Shown here piece by piece: positions 26,858 through 37,633 of a stretch of 64,000 nt of DNA. The first letter of the stretch is position 1, and each line of letters begins with the position of its first letter. The notes below the pieces were generated by a model that searched no databases, was not told the DNA's origin, and worked only from the letters and a program-made list of their open reading frames with translations. This DNA is from a virus (taxonomy: Duplodnaviria; Caudoviricetes), in IMG/VR virus record IMGVR_UViG_3300028591_003737, positions 64,001 through 128,000 of that record, one strand, 5' to 3'. Position numbers and translations under genes: made by a program.

Positions 26858-28108
26858 TTAATCTAATAATGTAATTATCATTTCTTTTTCCTTTGAAGTC
26901 AATGAATTACCAATATTTTTTAATGCTTGTGTTATAATATACTTTACTTTATTTGCTGGTATTCCTTCTGACTCTGAAATTTCATTTATTGAAAGTTGAT
27001 ATGGCATTCCTACACCAAAACGTTTTTTAATTATTCTTCTATCAGTAACAGATAAATTACATAATGCCTTTTCAACTACTTCTTTAAGTATATCTTGTTT
27101 TTCAAGATTTTCTACATATTCATCTTCAATAATGAATTCTTCATTAGTTACTTTAGCAAGTTCATCATCATAATAAGTATCATCAGTATAAGGATTTACA
27201 CTATCTAGATTTATTATAGTAATACTTGAATTAACTTTATTACCTTCTTCATCAGTTTTCTTTCTTGCAGATTTTGGAACTCTAACAACTTTACTTAACT
27301 TATTTAACTCTAATAAGATATAAGCTCTAATCCATTGGAATGCAACAGATGCAAATATTGCAGTCTTAATATTCTTATTTGTCCAGTTTAAGAATTCATC
27401 TTTATCTACAAACCCATCTTCAGGAATAAGATTAAGTGTTCTTTCAAGATCTTTTGAATATGTGAATGATTTTTTAATTATTTCTTCAGCATCTTTATTA
27501 GTAAAACTTTCTAAAGATGACTCTTTAATATTTTTAACAATTGTATTCTTTAAATTTGCCTTTTCAGTATCAAACTTATCAAATGCTACACAAAGACCAT
27601 AATTTCCAATTTGAATTAAATCTTCAAATGGAAGTCCTAAATTTTGATAACGTTTTGCACAATTGATTACAAGTTTAAGATTATTCTTGATGAAAGTATC
27701 TCTATTCTCTGGTAAGAATTCCAGATTATCACTATCAGACATAGGAGATTTGATATACTCTCTTTTTACATCATTGAAATAAATATCAATGTTATTGTCA
27801 TATGTTTTATAATCTGTATAATGTCGTGCAAGTTTTCCTCTTGCTACTACTTTCAATCTATCAAAAAAATCTTCATCAATCTCATTACAATTATTCAATT
27901 GTTCTTTGATTGACTCTAAATAATAATCAGTTATAGCACGTTCGCTACAACCTTTTAATGCTTTTATTTCTGATTTTAATACTTCTGAAAATACTGATAT
28001 AAATCTATCAGGATCATCTATACAAATAATTTCATCTAAAGTCTTTCTAAATTTTTTAAGTTTAGTCTGACTGGTTTTGTTTAAATTAATACTACTACTT
28101 CTACTCAC
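26858..28108 (-). CDS. phage RNA polymerase sigma-70 family factor (divergent)
   Basis: region 2 NLKLVINCAKRY...DLIQ.GN.GL..A.DKFD ... FQWIR; region 4 LS..DRRIIKKRFG....SINEIS; GTG start. Confidence 0.85.
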   Translation of the reverse strand: MSRSSSINLNKTSQTKLKKFRKTLDEIICIDDPDRFISVFSEVLKSEIKALKGCSERAITDYYLESIKEQLNNCNEIDEDFFDRLKVVARGKLARHYTDYKTYDNNIDIYFNDVKREYIKSPMSDSDNLEFLPENRDTFIKNNLKLVINCAKRYQNLGLPFEDLIQIGNYGLCVAFDKFDTEKANLKNTIVKNIKESSLESFTNKDAEEIIKKSFTYSKDLERTLNLIPEDGFVDKDEFLNWTNKNIKTAIFASVAFQWIRAYILLELNKLSKVVRVPKSARKKTDEEGNKVNSSITIINLDSVNPYTDDTYYDDELAKVTNEEFIIEDEYVENLEKQDILKEVVEKALCNLSVTDRRIIKKRFGVGMPYQLSINEISESEGIPANKVKYIITQALKNIGNSLTSKEKEMIITLLD

Positions 28109-28241
28109 GGTAATTACTAATCTATATTTATAGATTTTATACCGTTCTATATTATAAAATAGTAAATATATAACAAAATATTCAAAAAATTTAATAACTT
28201 TTTGAATATCTTGTTGAAATATTTTAACTTTTTTAATTAAA

Positions 28242-28478
28242 TTACTTCATATATGTAACAAATCTTTTCTTAGATTGAGTATATGAATATTCTTCAATAT
28301 ATTCTCTCCATGTTTCAGATATCTTATATTTATTATTTGATTCTTTTACAACCCATACAAGATACTGAGGATCTGTTATCATAACAGTAGATAATGTTCT
28401 TCCTTGATATTTACCAAAGTTTAATTTTTCTGTTTTATCTACTAGTAATTTACCTGTAAAAAGGTCTCTTTCAATCAT
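28242..28478 (-). CDS. small FGKY-domain protein (DUF3820/ExoX C-terminal-like)
   Basis: LNFGKYQGRTL.....DPQYLVW. Confidence 0.7.
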   Translation of the reverse strand: MIERDLFTGKLLVDKTEKLNFGKYQGRTLSTVMITDPQYLVWVVKESNNKYKISETWREYIEEYSYTQSKKRFVTYMK

Positions 28479-28484
28479 TTTTAT

Positions 28485-29354
28485 TTAAATTTGAAAAACA
28501 CTTCCCATAGGGAAACCACGACGATTAATTACATTATAAAGTTTCTTAGTAACTTCTTTTCTTACTTCAGGAGTGTTCTCAGCATTTGCAAATTCATCAA
28601 GAACTTTATCAACTTCATGATTAATAGCTCTTCTTTCAGCAACTATCTCATTAAGTATTTCTTGTTCTTCTGAATATTTTGTCTGAGGAGGAGCAATAGG
28701 AGCAGTTTTTATTTCCTCAACAAAATGAGGAGTACCTTTAATAACAGTAGGATCTTCTTCTACTTGGACAACTCCAGGTTCTTCTACTGTTTTAACTTCT
28801 GGTTCCTCATCTACAAGAGGAGCAGATTCAGCAACTACTTCAATAGGATCAATATTCTCAGAAACAAGTTCTTCTGGATTAGGAAGTACAGGATCTTCTA
28901 CAATAGGTTCTCTATGGTCATAGATAGTTACATCAAGTCCTTCACACTGATTAAGATACTTTTCCATAATAGGAATTACTTCATCAGGATTAAGTCCACC
29001 ATTTGAACAACCAAGAAGAGGGAATGCAACAGAAGTTATACCCTTCTCTGACCAAATTTCTACAAATTTCTTAAGTCCTTCTTCAATATATTCAATTTTA
29101 GAAGGATTCTTCCAATCAATCTTAGTAGGGAAATTTAAAATCCACTTACCATCTTCTGCTTTATAAATCCAAAGAACACCAGGTTTAAAGACTCCTTTAT
29201 CACAGAAACTTTTATATTTGTCAAACATTGCTGGGTATCTGTTTTTAAACTCAAGAGCGAGTCCTTTACCCATAACACCTACACAGTTAATTGTATTTAC
29301 TAGAGTTTGTGCAGATGAATCAAAAATAGTTTTACCACGTTCAATTTTAACCAT
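28485..29354 (-). CDS. macrodomain ADP-ribosylhydrolase (DarG-like) with acidic Pro/Glu/Val-rich extension
   Basis: LVNTINCVGVMGKGLALEFK, ILNFPTK..W..PS, SVAFP.LGC.NGGL. Confidence 0.9.
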   Translation of the reverse strand: MVKIERGKTIFDSSAQTLVNTINCVGVMGKGLALEFKNRYPAMFDKYKSFCDKGVFKPGVLWIYKAEDGKWILNFPTKIDWKNPSKIEYIEEGLKKFVEIWSEKGITSVAFPLLGCSNGGLNPDEVIPIMEKYLNQCEGLDVTIYDHREPIVEDPVLPNPEELVSENIDPIEVVAESAPLVDEEPEVKTVEEPGVVQVEEDPTVIKGTPHFVEEIKTAPIAPPQTKYSEEQEILNEIVAERRAINHEVDKVLDEFANAENTPEVRKEVTKKLYNVINRRGFPMGSVFQI

Positions 29355-29386
29355 ATATCTAATAATTATAGTTTATTTCATAATTC

Positions 29387-29455
29387 AATATAGAATAATA
29401 ATTTTACTAAATTCATGAAAATATCAATCTTCTAAAGTTTTATTTTTATATAAAT
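29387..29455. promoter_or_regulatory. divergent promoter region: class-1 on minus, class-2 (AAAGTTTTATTTTTATATA) on plus
   Basis: strand-switch intergenic region containing both motifs. Confidence 0.6.
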
Positions 29456-29478
29456 ACAATTATGTTTGAATTAAAGAT

Positions 29479-29658
29479 ATGGCAAAAGTGTATATTTTTA
29501 TTGATGAAGATGACGCTGCTGAATATGGTGGTGAGATATTAGACGAATATTTATCAGCTGAATTTGGTGATAAAATATTTCTTATATCAGAAGATGGTAA
29601 ATCCTTGTTTTTAACAGAGGATGGTGCTTCTTATTTAATTCAAGAATACTTTGAATAA
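29479..29658 (+). CDS. small acidic protein (59 aa), probable virion accessory
   Basis: MAKVYIFIDEDD...LISEDGKSLFLTEDGASYLIQE; first gene after class-2 motif. Confidence 0.6.
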   Translation: MAKVYIFIDEDDAAEYGGEILDEYLSAEFGDKIFLISEDGKSLFLTEDGASYLIQEYFE

Positions 29659-29685
29659 AATATAAAATAATAAAAGATATAAATT

Positions 29686-30231
29686 ATGGCTATAAGTTCA
29701 AAAAAGATTTCTGGTTTTAGAGAATTACAAACATTAAGTGGTGATGAATACTTAATGGTTGCATTTAATAACCGTTCATATAAGGTTAAAACCTCTTTAT
29801 TTACATCAGATATTATTAGAAGCATTGATCAGAAAGTTGTTACTGGTGATGAAGCTGCAAATACTATTACAATTACAACTGGTAATGGTCAAGAGTATGT
29901 TTTCACAGTAAAGAATGGTGCTAAAGGTTCAACTGGTGCAACTGGTGCAACTGGTGCTAAGGGTGAAACAGGTAATACTGGTATTGCTCTTTATAATACT
30001 GATTTTGATGATAGAGTTATTAATACATTAGATGGTACAGATAATGAAGGTAATTTATTAGAAGATGATGAATTAACATCATATGCTTTATCTGCTATGC
30101 AAGGTTATGTATTAAATAACAAATTAGATTCTTTAGCAGAAGAATATATTTCACAAGACGAATATGATGAAAGAGTAAGAACAAATAATATCTCTGCTAA
30201 TACAAAATATTTCATAATAGATGAAGATTAA
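29686..30231 (+). CDS. collagen-like repeat virion/fibre protein
   Basis: GAKGSTGATGATGAKGETGNTG; ALSAMQG motif. Confidence 0.75.
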   Translation: MAISSKKISGFRELQTLSGDEYLMVAFNNRSYKVKTSLFTSDIIRSIDQKVVTGDEAANTITITTGNGQEYVFTVKNGAKGSTGATGATGAKGETGNTGIALYNTDFDDRVINTLDGTDNEGNLLEDDELTSYALSAMQGYVLNNKLDSLAEEYISQDEYDERVRTNNISANTKYFIIDED

Positions 30232-30253
30232 AAAAATATTCTTGATATAAACT

Positions 30254-30457
30254 ATGGCACTTTACGTACAATTAGAACAAGGTAAACAACCAAAACAAGT
30301 TACCGGTATTTATAAAGGAACTAGTGAAGGTCCTAAGGTTGTTTCTGCTGTATATCAAGGATTAAAATTATTATGGCAGTTCATTAAGTCATGTTTTGGT
30401 CGTGGTTATTGGATTAATGATAAAATGTGGTCAAACAATGACGGTTGGGCAAATTAA
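30254..30457 (+). CDS. small probable structural protein
   Basis: AVYQG.KLLW...SCFG.GYWIND..WSN.DGW. Confidence 0.65.
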   Translation: MALYVQLEQGKQPKQVTGIYKGTSEGPKVVSAVYQGLKLLWQFIKSCFGRGYWINDKMWSNNDGWAN

Positions 30458-30484
30458 AAAAGAATAATATAATTAATATAAAAT

Positions 30485-33400
30485 ATGGCTAATAAAAAGA
30501 CACAATCAAAGATATTAAGAGTTAGTGATCTTCCTATTATGAATAAAATATGGGATGGTATGTATACTATCCTTGCTTATAATAAGCAGAACTATCTCTT
30601 AGATGTATCTAAGATAAAAGGTAAAAAGATATTTGATATTACTGCTAGTGAATCAGAAGAATCTGGTGGAAAAAATATTATTTATATAAAATTTACTGAT
30701 GGTACTTCAGAATCATTTAGTGTATGGAATGGTACACAAGGTGAAACTGGTAAAACAGGTCTTACAGGTCCAGATGGTAATCAAGGTGAAGATGGTTTCA
30801 TTGATGAAAGAAAAGATGGTATCAGTGGAACATTATATATCATAAATAATACAACTACACAAGATCCTGATTCTCCTTGGTCAGCTTATAGAGGTAAAGT
30901 AATGAATGATTCTATTTATGAATTAAATGAAACTTTCATTACTGAAAATGAATTTGATGTTTTATTTAATAACATCAGATATATGTATGCAGAATTTAAA
31001 ACAACTTCTGATAATCAGTCAACTGCTCTTTTCAATAATGATACTAATAATCACTTAGTATATAAGAAATATTGGACATATGAAGATGAAGGTCTTGAAA
31101 CATATTATATTTATAATCCTGTTTCAGATACTTATGATACTGTATTAGCAGATCTTTGGAAAGATATTTATCTTGGTGCTACAGAAGGTTATTTCTTAGC
31201 AACAACAAGTATGTTAAAAGATGATACAGTTTTATACTATTTAGATAAACAAACAAATCAATATTTTACAATTACAAAACTTGTATCAGTAAGAACAACT
31301 ACTGTTGATGGAGTAACAACAACTGAAGAAGTTGGTTATTTAGGTGATAAGAGAATTGATAGCTATTATCTTCCTGAAATTGATGCAAGTATTTCTGCAG
31401 AATTTTCAATTCAGACAAATAAATGGACTCTTGAATTAAATTCTGCATCAGAATTAGTTCCTGAAGTTTATGTTACTGAAGATGGTGAACATTTCACAAA
31501 ACTTACTGATGAAGAAGTATTAGCAATTGATACAAGTGTTTATGCTGAATATTTCCAAAAAGTTGATGGTGAATATGTTACAATTCCAAATATTGCTTCA
31601 TATCTTGCTACTAAAGAAGTAAGATATTATAAGAGAACTAATGGTATAATAAATGAAGTTAATGAAGAAGATATTTCTGAAGTAAATTATGATGATTATA
31701 TCATTGTATCAAGAAATAGATTAACAAATACTTATACATTTGAAAGACATCATGCAGAACTTGTATATGATGAAATGGTTTATTTCACAGATACAGTTTC
31801 TTTAAGTAGTATTGATTTATATTATCATACTTCTTCTAGAGATTATTATACTCTTTCTCTTGAAAAAGAAGAAACTCTTGCACCAGATGGAGAAACAATA
31901 ATTGAAACATTTAAACAAGTTTATACAAAGATTGCTATTCCATCATGGATTTATGCTGAATTTAAGACAAATGATGAAGACCAATTATCATTAATTCTTA
32001 GTTCAAATGAAGATCTTGGTGAAGAAGATAATACTGAAATTGATGAAACTGAAGAAGATACTAATGCTTATGTAAAAGAAAAGAATATTACTAGAATTGT
32101 TCCTGGTGATAAGAAACCTTTATATCACAAGAATAGTAATAATACATATACATTAGTTAATTTAAATACTGATTCTATTTATTCAACTGCTGAATATTAC
32201 ATCTTAGATGATAATTACATTTATGAAGAAATTCTTGGTAGTGATGCTAAAGAAAATGGTATTTCAGAACTTTATAATAGAAATACTAATGGTACATATT
32301 CATTAAATGTAAGTATAGTAGTTGATAATAATATATATTATATAAGAAAAGAAAATTATATTAAAGTAGATAATCCTGAAGAATATCTTTCAACATATGA
32401 TTTAGTTTTATTCTATGGTGAACCTAAAGTATTACCTATTTCAATATATCCAGTAAATTCTTATAGAAGTTATGTTACAGTAGAATATGATCCTGAAAAG
32501 ATTATATTATATGAAGATGGTAGAATTGCTGCTACAGTTGGTAATAACTTTGATTCTCAAGTAATTATCAAAGCAACAAATAATCCTAATGTATATTGTA
32601 CAATTAATGTAAGATTAACAACCCCTGTTAAACAAATAGTATTTGCAAATGATAATATTAAAGAATTAAATATTGGAGAAAGTGGAGTTATTAATTACAA
32701 TGTTTTACCAGCAACAGCATTTGATAAAGGAATTAATTGGACATTATCAGATAATGAAGCTATTTCTATTGAACAAATTAATGAAAGTTCAATCAGATTA
32801 ACTGCTAATAAGAAATGTGAAAAATGTACAATTACTGCTGAAGCTGCTGATGGTTTTGGTGCTGCTGCTTCATTTGATTTTGAAGTTATTCAACCAGCAG
32901 AATCTGTAGTATGGGATCAGGATAATATAATTTATAATGAACCAGTTTATTATACTCCACAAGAAGTTGCTGCATTTGAAGCAGAACATATGGATGAAAT
33001 AGCAGCTGGTACAATAGTTCCTATTACAACAGATGATATTAAAGAACCAGCATACTATTCAATGGTAGCTTTACTTTATAAAGAATATATACTTAGTCCA
33101 AAAGTATCTCCAGAAGATACTTCATATAAAGATATAAACTGGACAAGTTCAGATTCTTCAATAGCAGAAGTTATTGAAAAGAATGTTAAAGTTATTGATG
33201 TTGAAAAAGTATCTCACATTGCTACAGAACTTGATGTTGAAGCAGGACGTGCAACAGAAGTAGGACAAGAAGTTATTGATACTCCTGAACGTTCACATAC
33301 TGAATTAAAATATGTTTTAACTTCTCATAAAGTTGGTAATGTTGAAATTACTGGTGCATTAAGAAGATATAATGATTTAGTAGTAAAGATTAGTGTTAGA

Positions 33401-34198
33401 ATTGATCAATCAATTGAAACAATTAACGTTTATCCTTCTACTTTATCACTTAATATAAATACTAAGAAAAAACTTACTGCAGAAATTTTACCTGAAACTG
33501 CAGTTAATGGAACAATTACTTGGTTAAGTAGAAATAACAATATTGTTACAGTTAGTCCTCAAGGAACAATTACTGCTGTAAATCCTGGTGCTACAACAGT
33601 TGTAGCTCATGCTCTTGATGGTAGTGATGTTGATGGTATATGCTCAGTAACAGTAACAATTCCTGCTAAAGACATTACTTTAAGTGGTGATACTACAAAT
33701 GGTATTGTTTATGTAGGTATTGGTAACACAACAGTTATTACTGCTGAAATAACTCACAATACTACTTATGGTACAAATGAATCTAATATGAACAAACAAA
33801 TTAATTGGGTAAGTTCAGATACAAATGTAGCAACAATTAATGAAAGTGGTGTTGTAACAGGTATTACATTAGGTAAGACAACAATAATTGCAAATGCAAA
33901 AGATGGTTCTGGTGTATTTGGAACAATTCAAGTACAGGTAATCAAATTAATCGAAGAAATTGGATTTGAATTTGATGAAATTGAAATGGAATTAAGTGAT
34001 TCATTAGTACTTGTACCAAATATTTTACCTGCTGATGCTTCTAATGAAATAGTTATTTGGTCATCAAGTGATGAAACAGTAGCTAAAGTAAAAGAAAGTG
34101 GTATTGTTTATGCTCTTTCACAAGGAACTGCAACAATCACAGCAACTACAACAGATGGTAGTAATTTAACAGCAACTTGCAATATTACAATTTTATAA
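30485..34198 (+). CDS. large fibre/adhesin-like protein with collagen segment and several Ig-like (Big_2) domains
   Basis: GXY repeats near N-terminus; repeated WTSSD..VA.V...G.V.....G.ATITA...DGS motifs. Confidence 0.85.
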   Translation: MANKKTQSKILRVSDLPIMNKIWDGMYTILAYNKQNYLLDVSKIKGKKIFDITASESEESGGKNIIYIKFTDGTSESFSVWNGTQGETGKTGLTGPDGNQGEDGFIDERKDGISGTLYIINNTTTQDPDSPWSAYRGKVMNDSIYELNETFITENEFDVLFNNIRYMYAEFKTTSDNQSTALFNNDTNNHLVYKKYWTYEDEGLETYYIYNPVSDTYDTVLADLWKDIYLGATEGYFLATTSMLKDDTVLYYLDKQTNQYFTITKLVSVRTTTVDGVTTTEEVGYLGDKRIDSYYLPEIDASISAEFSIQTNKWTLELNSASELVPEVYVTEDGEHFTKLTDEEVLAIDTSVYAEYFQKVDGEYVTIPNIASYLATKEVRYYKRTNGIINEVNEEDISEVNYDDYIIVSRNRLTNTYTFERHHAELVYDEMVYFTDTVSLSSIDLYYHTSSRDYYTLSLEKEETLAPDGETIIETFKQVYTKIAIPSWIYAEFKTNDEDQLSLILSSNEDLGEEDNTEIDETEEDTNAYVKEKNITRIVPGDKKPLYHKNSNNTYTLVNLNTDSIYSTAEYYILDDNYIYEEILGSDAKENGISELYNRNTNGTYSLNVSIVVDNNIYYIRKENYIKVDNPEEYLSTYDLVLFYGEPKVLPISIYPVNSYRSYVTVEYDPEKIILYEDGRIAATVGNNFDSQVIIKATNNPNVYCTINVRLTTPVKQIVFANDNIKELNIGESGVINYNVLPATAFDKGINWTLSDNEAISIEQINESSIRLTANKKCEKCTITAEAADGFGAAASFDFEVIQPAESVVWDQDNIIYNEPVYYTPQEVAAFEAEHMDEIAAGTIVPITTDDIKEPAYYSMVALLYKEYILSPKVSPEDTSYKDINWTSSDSSIAEVIEKNVKVIDVEKVSHIATELDVEAGRATEVGQEVIDTPERSHTELKYVLTSHKVGNVEITGALRRYNDLVVKISVRIDQSIETINVYPSTLSLNINTKKKLTAEILPETAVNGTITWLSRNNNIVTVSPQGTITAVNPGATTVVAHALDGSDVDGICSVTVTIPAKDITLSGDTTNGIVYVGIGNTTVITAEITHNTTYGTNESNMNKQINWVSSDTNVATINESGVVTGITLGKTTIIANAKDGSGVFGTIQVQVIKLIEEIGFEFDEIEMELSDSLVLVPNILPADASNEIVIWSSSDETVAKVKESGIVYALSQGTATITATTTDGSNLTATCNITIL

Positions 34199-34221
34199 GA
34201 AAATAATAAAAGTATTAAAAT

Positions 34222-37221
34222 ATGAATAATTTAAGTAATATACAAAATTTAGATTCAATTATATTTTTTACAGGAGAATATTCAACAGTTGCTGCTCAAA
34301 CTTTAGAAAATAGAGACTATGGTACATCTGTTGAAGGATATGGAACACTAAAGAAAGATGGTAATTCTTATTCATATTATAGTAGTTTTCCTAATGTAAA
34401 ATATATTGAAAGAAATGTTAATTTTGAAAATATGAATGATTTGTATTTTGAAACATTAAGTTATGTTTCAGATATAAATCCTGATTTCTCAGTTGGATAT
34501 ACTTATATTGCAAAGAATAGATATAATGCTATTTATACATATGAAACTGATTTAGATAATGATTTTGATAATGCAAAGATTTTTGTACCTAGAGATTTAA
34601 ATGACTTCTTAGTTGGTTTAAATAATCAAAAGTATAATAAACAAGCAAAATATGGTAATGGAATTGAAGTATCATCAATTAAGATTGATCAAACATATTA
34701 TAGATGGTACCCTAAAGATACTATTGCTTACTATAATATTATCGAACATGAAATTCCTATCACATATACATATTATACTATGAATGATAATAGTACAAAT
34801 GCATTCACTGATTGGGATAGTGTTGAAATGACAGAAGAATTATCTGAAATGAAAGCATATGCTGAAGCAAATAATTTATATCTTCACCAGTTTACATATA
34901 GTTATACTGAAATTGAAACAGAAAGTATTCCTTATATAATTGGTGGTAACTATTACTCATATGTAAGAAAATCTTATGATACTATCAATAATACAATAGT
35001 TAATAAAGTAGCTTATAATCTTGGAAAATTTGAAGAAAAATATAATAATGATCCATCAATTTATGCTTACTATATGTATGATTGTAATTCTGATATTGAA
35101 ATGTTATTAACAACAGAAAGTCTTGGAATTAAACAAAGTACATTTAAGATTGGATTTGATAGTAAATATGATAACTGGTTTGGTAATACTATTAATATTA
35201 AAGCTGATTTATCTTCTGGTGATGAAGTTGCTAAGATAACATCATTTAAAGATAATGAAGTATTCTCAATTTTCAAAAATAAGAAAGATAGATTAACTGG
35301 AGAAAATATACAAATTAATAAAGATAATACTGAAACATTTGTTGCACAATTATCTTCTTCAATTGAAGATGAAGATATAATCAATATTCTTACTCCTTAT
35401 TCTATTGATACTTTAGATTTAAGTCCTATTAAGACAAAGATTTCTTCAGTATTTAATATTAATGAAAGTAACTGGATTTTAAGAGATTGTAATCTTAAAT
35501 CACTTATTCTTGATGATGGTGATAATAATACTAAATCTAATATTGAAAAGATTTTTGGATTAAATGATATTACAACATTAGAATATATTAATATATCAAA
35601 TGTTAATAAACTTAGAGCAACTCCTGCTATTGATAAACTTGAAAATCTTAAAGTTTTCAGTGCAAGTAATAGTAATATTGATTCATTCCGTCCAGCAAGA
35701 GGTGCTACATTATATCATGTAGATCTTCCAGAAAGTGTTAAATCAATTAAATTAGTTGATAATACATTTGAAAGTGGAGTATTAACTATTGCTGGAGAAG
35801 CAAGAGAATTTGATGGTAAATTAAATTATACTCCTAATACAAATTTAAGTAATTTAACATTAAGAAATATTGATAATGAATTATCATATAATCTTGTAAC
35901 AGATTGGTATAGTGTATTAGATGATGCTAATATGTTAGATAATAGTTTAATTTATCTTGAAATGAAGAATATTAATTGGAATAATGTTCCAGCATCAACA
36001 CTTATTAATCTTAAGAAATTTGATATTAATCCTAATTTAAGTGGAGAAATTTCAATTATTGGTTCTGGTAATTATAAATGGTTAACTAGAAGTGAATATC
36101 AGAATATTACAAAATTATATGGTGTTAATGCCTTTGTTCAAGGAAATACTGTATCTAATAAGATATTTAAAGATTTAGATATTGATGTAACAAAGAATAA
36201 AGAAACATTTGAATTTACATTACAAGTAAAAAATGATAATGTAACTAATAAAAATGCTGCTTTAACAATTGATGATATTACTGCAACAAGATATAAAGAT
36301 ACTCTTAATGTAGAATTCAAAGGATATATTTATGATAGATCAGATAATGCTGAAACAATAGTATCTCCTTATAATAACAGAGCTGCTAATTCTGTTTTAG
36401 ATATGATTTATTCAGGAGAAGTTACAGAATTTAACTTTGTAAAAGATCCTATTGATAAATATGTATATTGTAAACTTCCTAGAAGTATTGATACTTCTTC
36501 TTCAAATGAAGTAAAGAATATTAATGCTGGTGATATACTTTTATTCAATGGTGATACACTTGTAATTTTCTTTGAAAATACTACAAATACATTATATGAA
36601 TATATTAAACTTGGTTCAATAGTTGATGAAACTGTACAAGATTATATGGGTAGATTAGTTTCAAGTATTGCACACTGGTTTGATGATGACGATGAAAGTT
36701 ATAAATTAACATTTATTCCATCTCAAAGAGAAACAGTTATTCAAGAACTTTCAATTGAACTTGAAGGAAATCATGAAAATAATATAATTTATAATACAGA
36801 TGTAAATCCATTTAGTATTAAAGTTTATATTGATGAAAATGCTCTTGAAAATCTTGAAGATGTAGAAAATAAACAAGTTAATATTGAATATGATTCAAAT
36901 ATATTAACTATTACAGAAGAAGAACCTACTGATGAATATAAATTATATTCAGTTCAAGCAAAAGATGGTTATAACTTTAATGAAATAGTTAATACTACAA
37001 TTTCAATTTATTGTGATGCTAATAGAGTAGATACTGAACAAGTTATTAATGTATCACTTAGAAATGAATTTGAATATTCACAATATGATGAAAATGAAAA
37101 TAATCTTCTTCTTAATAGTAATATGTATCAATATAATGATAATGATCAATATATAACAATTGATACTTCATTAGTTGATGTACATTATGATGAAGATACT
37201 CAAATACTTACAATTGATTAA
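34222..37221 (+). CDS. large probable virion protein with LRR-like module and cyclophilin-like-fold segment
   Basis: LRR-like LKSLILD/LEYINISN/LENLKVF; AGDILLFNGDTLVIFF...Y.YIKLGSI. Confidence 0.75.
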   Translation: MNNLSNIQNLDSIIFFTGEYSTVAAQTLENRDYGTSVEGYGTLKKDGNSYSYYSSFPNVKYIERNVNFENMNDLYFETLSYVSDINPDFSVGYTYIAKNRYNAIYTYETDLDNDFDNAKIFVPRDLNDFLVGLNNQKYNKQAKYGNGIEVSSIKIDQTYYRWYPKDTIAYYNIIEHEIPITYTYYTMNDNSTNAFTDWDSVEMTEELSEMKAYAEANNLYLHQFTYSYTEIETESIPYIIGGNYYSYVRKSYDTINNTIVNKVAYNLGKFEEKYNNDPSIYAYYMYDCNSDIEMLLTTESLGIKQSTFKIGFDSKYDNWFGNTINIKADLSSGDEVAKITSFKDNEVFSIFKNKKDRLTGENIQINKDNTETFVAQLSSSIEDEDIINILTPYSIDTLDLSPIKTKISSVFNINESNWILRDCNLKSLILDDGDNNTKSNIEKIFGLNDITTLEYINISNVNKLRATPAIDKLENLKVFSASNSNIDSFRPARGATLYHVDLPESVKSIKLVDNTFESGVLTIAGEAREFDGKLNYTPNTNLSNLTLRNIDNELSYNLVTDWYSVLDDANMLDNSLIYLEMKNINWNNVPASTLINLKKFDINPNLSGEISIIGSGNYKWLTRSEYQNITKLYGVNAFVQGNTVSNKIFKDLDIDVTKNKETFEFTLQVKNDNVTNKNAALTIDDITATRYKDTLNVEFKGYIYDRSDNAETIVSPYNNRAANSVLDMIYSGEVTEFNFVKDPIDKYVYCKLPRSIDTSSSNEVKNINAGDILLFNGDTLVIFFENTTNTLYEYIKLGSIVDETVQDYMGRLVSSIAHWFDDDDESYKLTFIPSQRETVIQELSIELEGNHENNIIYNTDVNPFSIKVYIDENALENLEDVENKQVNIEYDSNILTITEEEPTDEYKLYSVQAKDGYNFNEIVNTTISIYCDANRVDTEQVINVSLRNEFEYSQYDENENNLLLNSNMYQYNDNDQYITIDTSLVDVHYDEDTQILTID

Positions 37222-37243
37222 TAAATATATTTAAATATATACA

Positions 37244-37468
37244 ATGACAGAAAAATTAGTTAAAGGTTTAAAATTATCAAATTCAGAAGATACATTTGTT
37301 ATTGACTGTAAAAATGATAATTTAGTTGAAACACTTAGTAGTCAAGTAACTTCATTAATTGAAGAAGTAAATGCTTTAAAATCTAAATGTAATGCTTTAC
37401 AAGAAGAAGTTAATGATCTTAAGTATAATCAATCTGATGAACAAGGAGAACATAATTCAAATAATTAA
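37244..37468 (+). CDS. small coiled-coil protein
   Basis: heptad LSSQVTSLIEEVNALKSKCNALQEEVNDL. Confidence 0.7.
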   Translation: MTEKLVKGLKLSNSEDTFVIDCKNDNLVETLSSQVTSLIEEVNALKSKCNALQEEVNDLKYNQSDEQGEHNSNN

Positions 37469-37500
37469 TCCTTTTTATTATAGCATATTTTATATTTTTG

Positions 37501-37530
37501 AGGTGGTATATTTTATATATATCACCTTTA
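37501..37530 (+). terminator. putative terminator hairpin
   Basis: AGGTGGTATAT...ATATATCACCT followed by T-rich tract. Confidence 0.5.
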
Positions 37531-37633
37531 TTTATGGAAATTTATACAGTTTTTAGTTTTATTTTTAATTAAATAAGTTCTTATTTGTTAAGAATTGAAT
37601 TATACAAAATAAATAAATATACTTTAATAAAAT

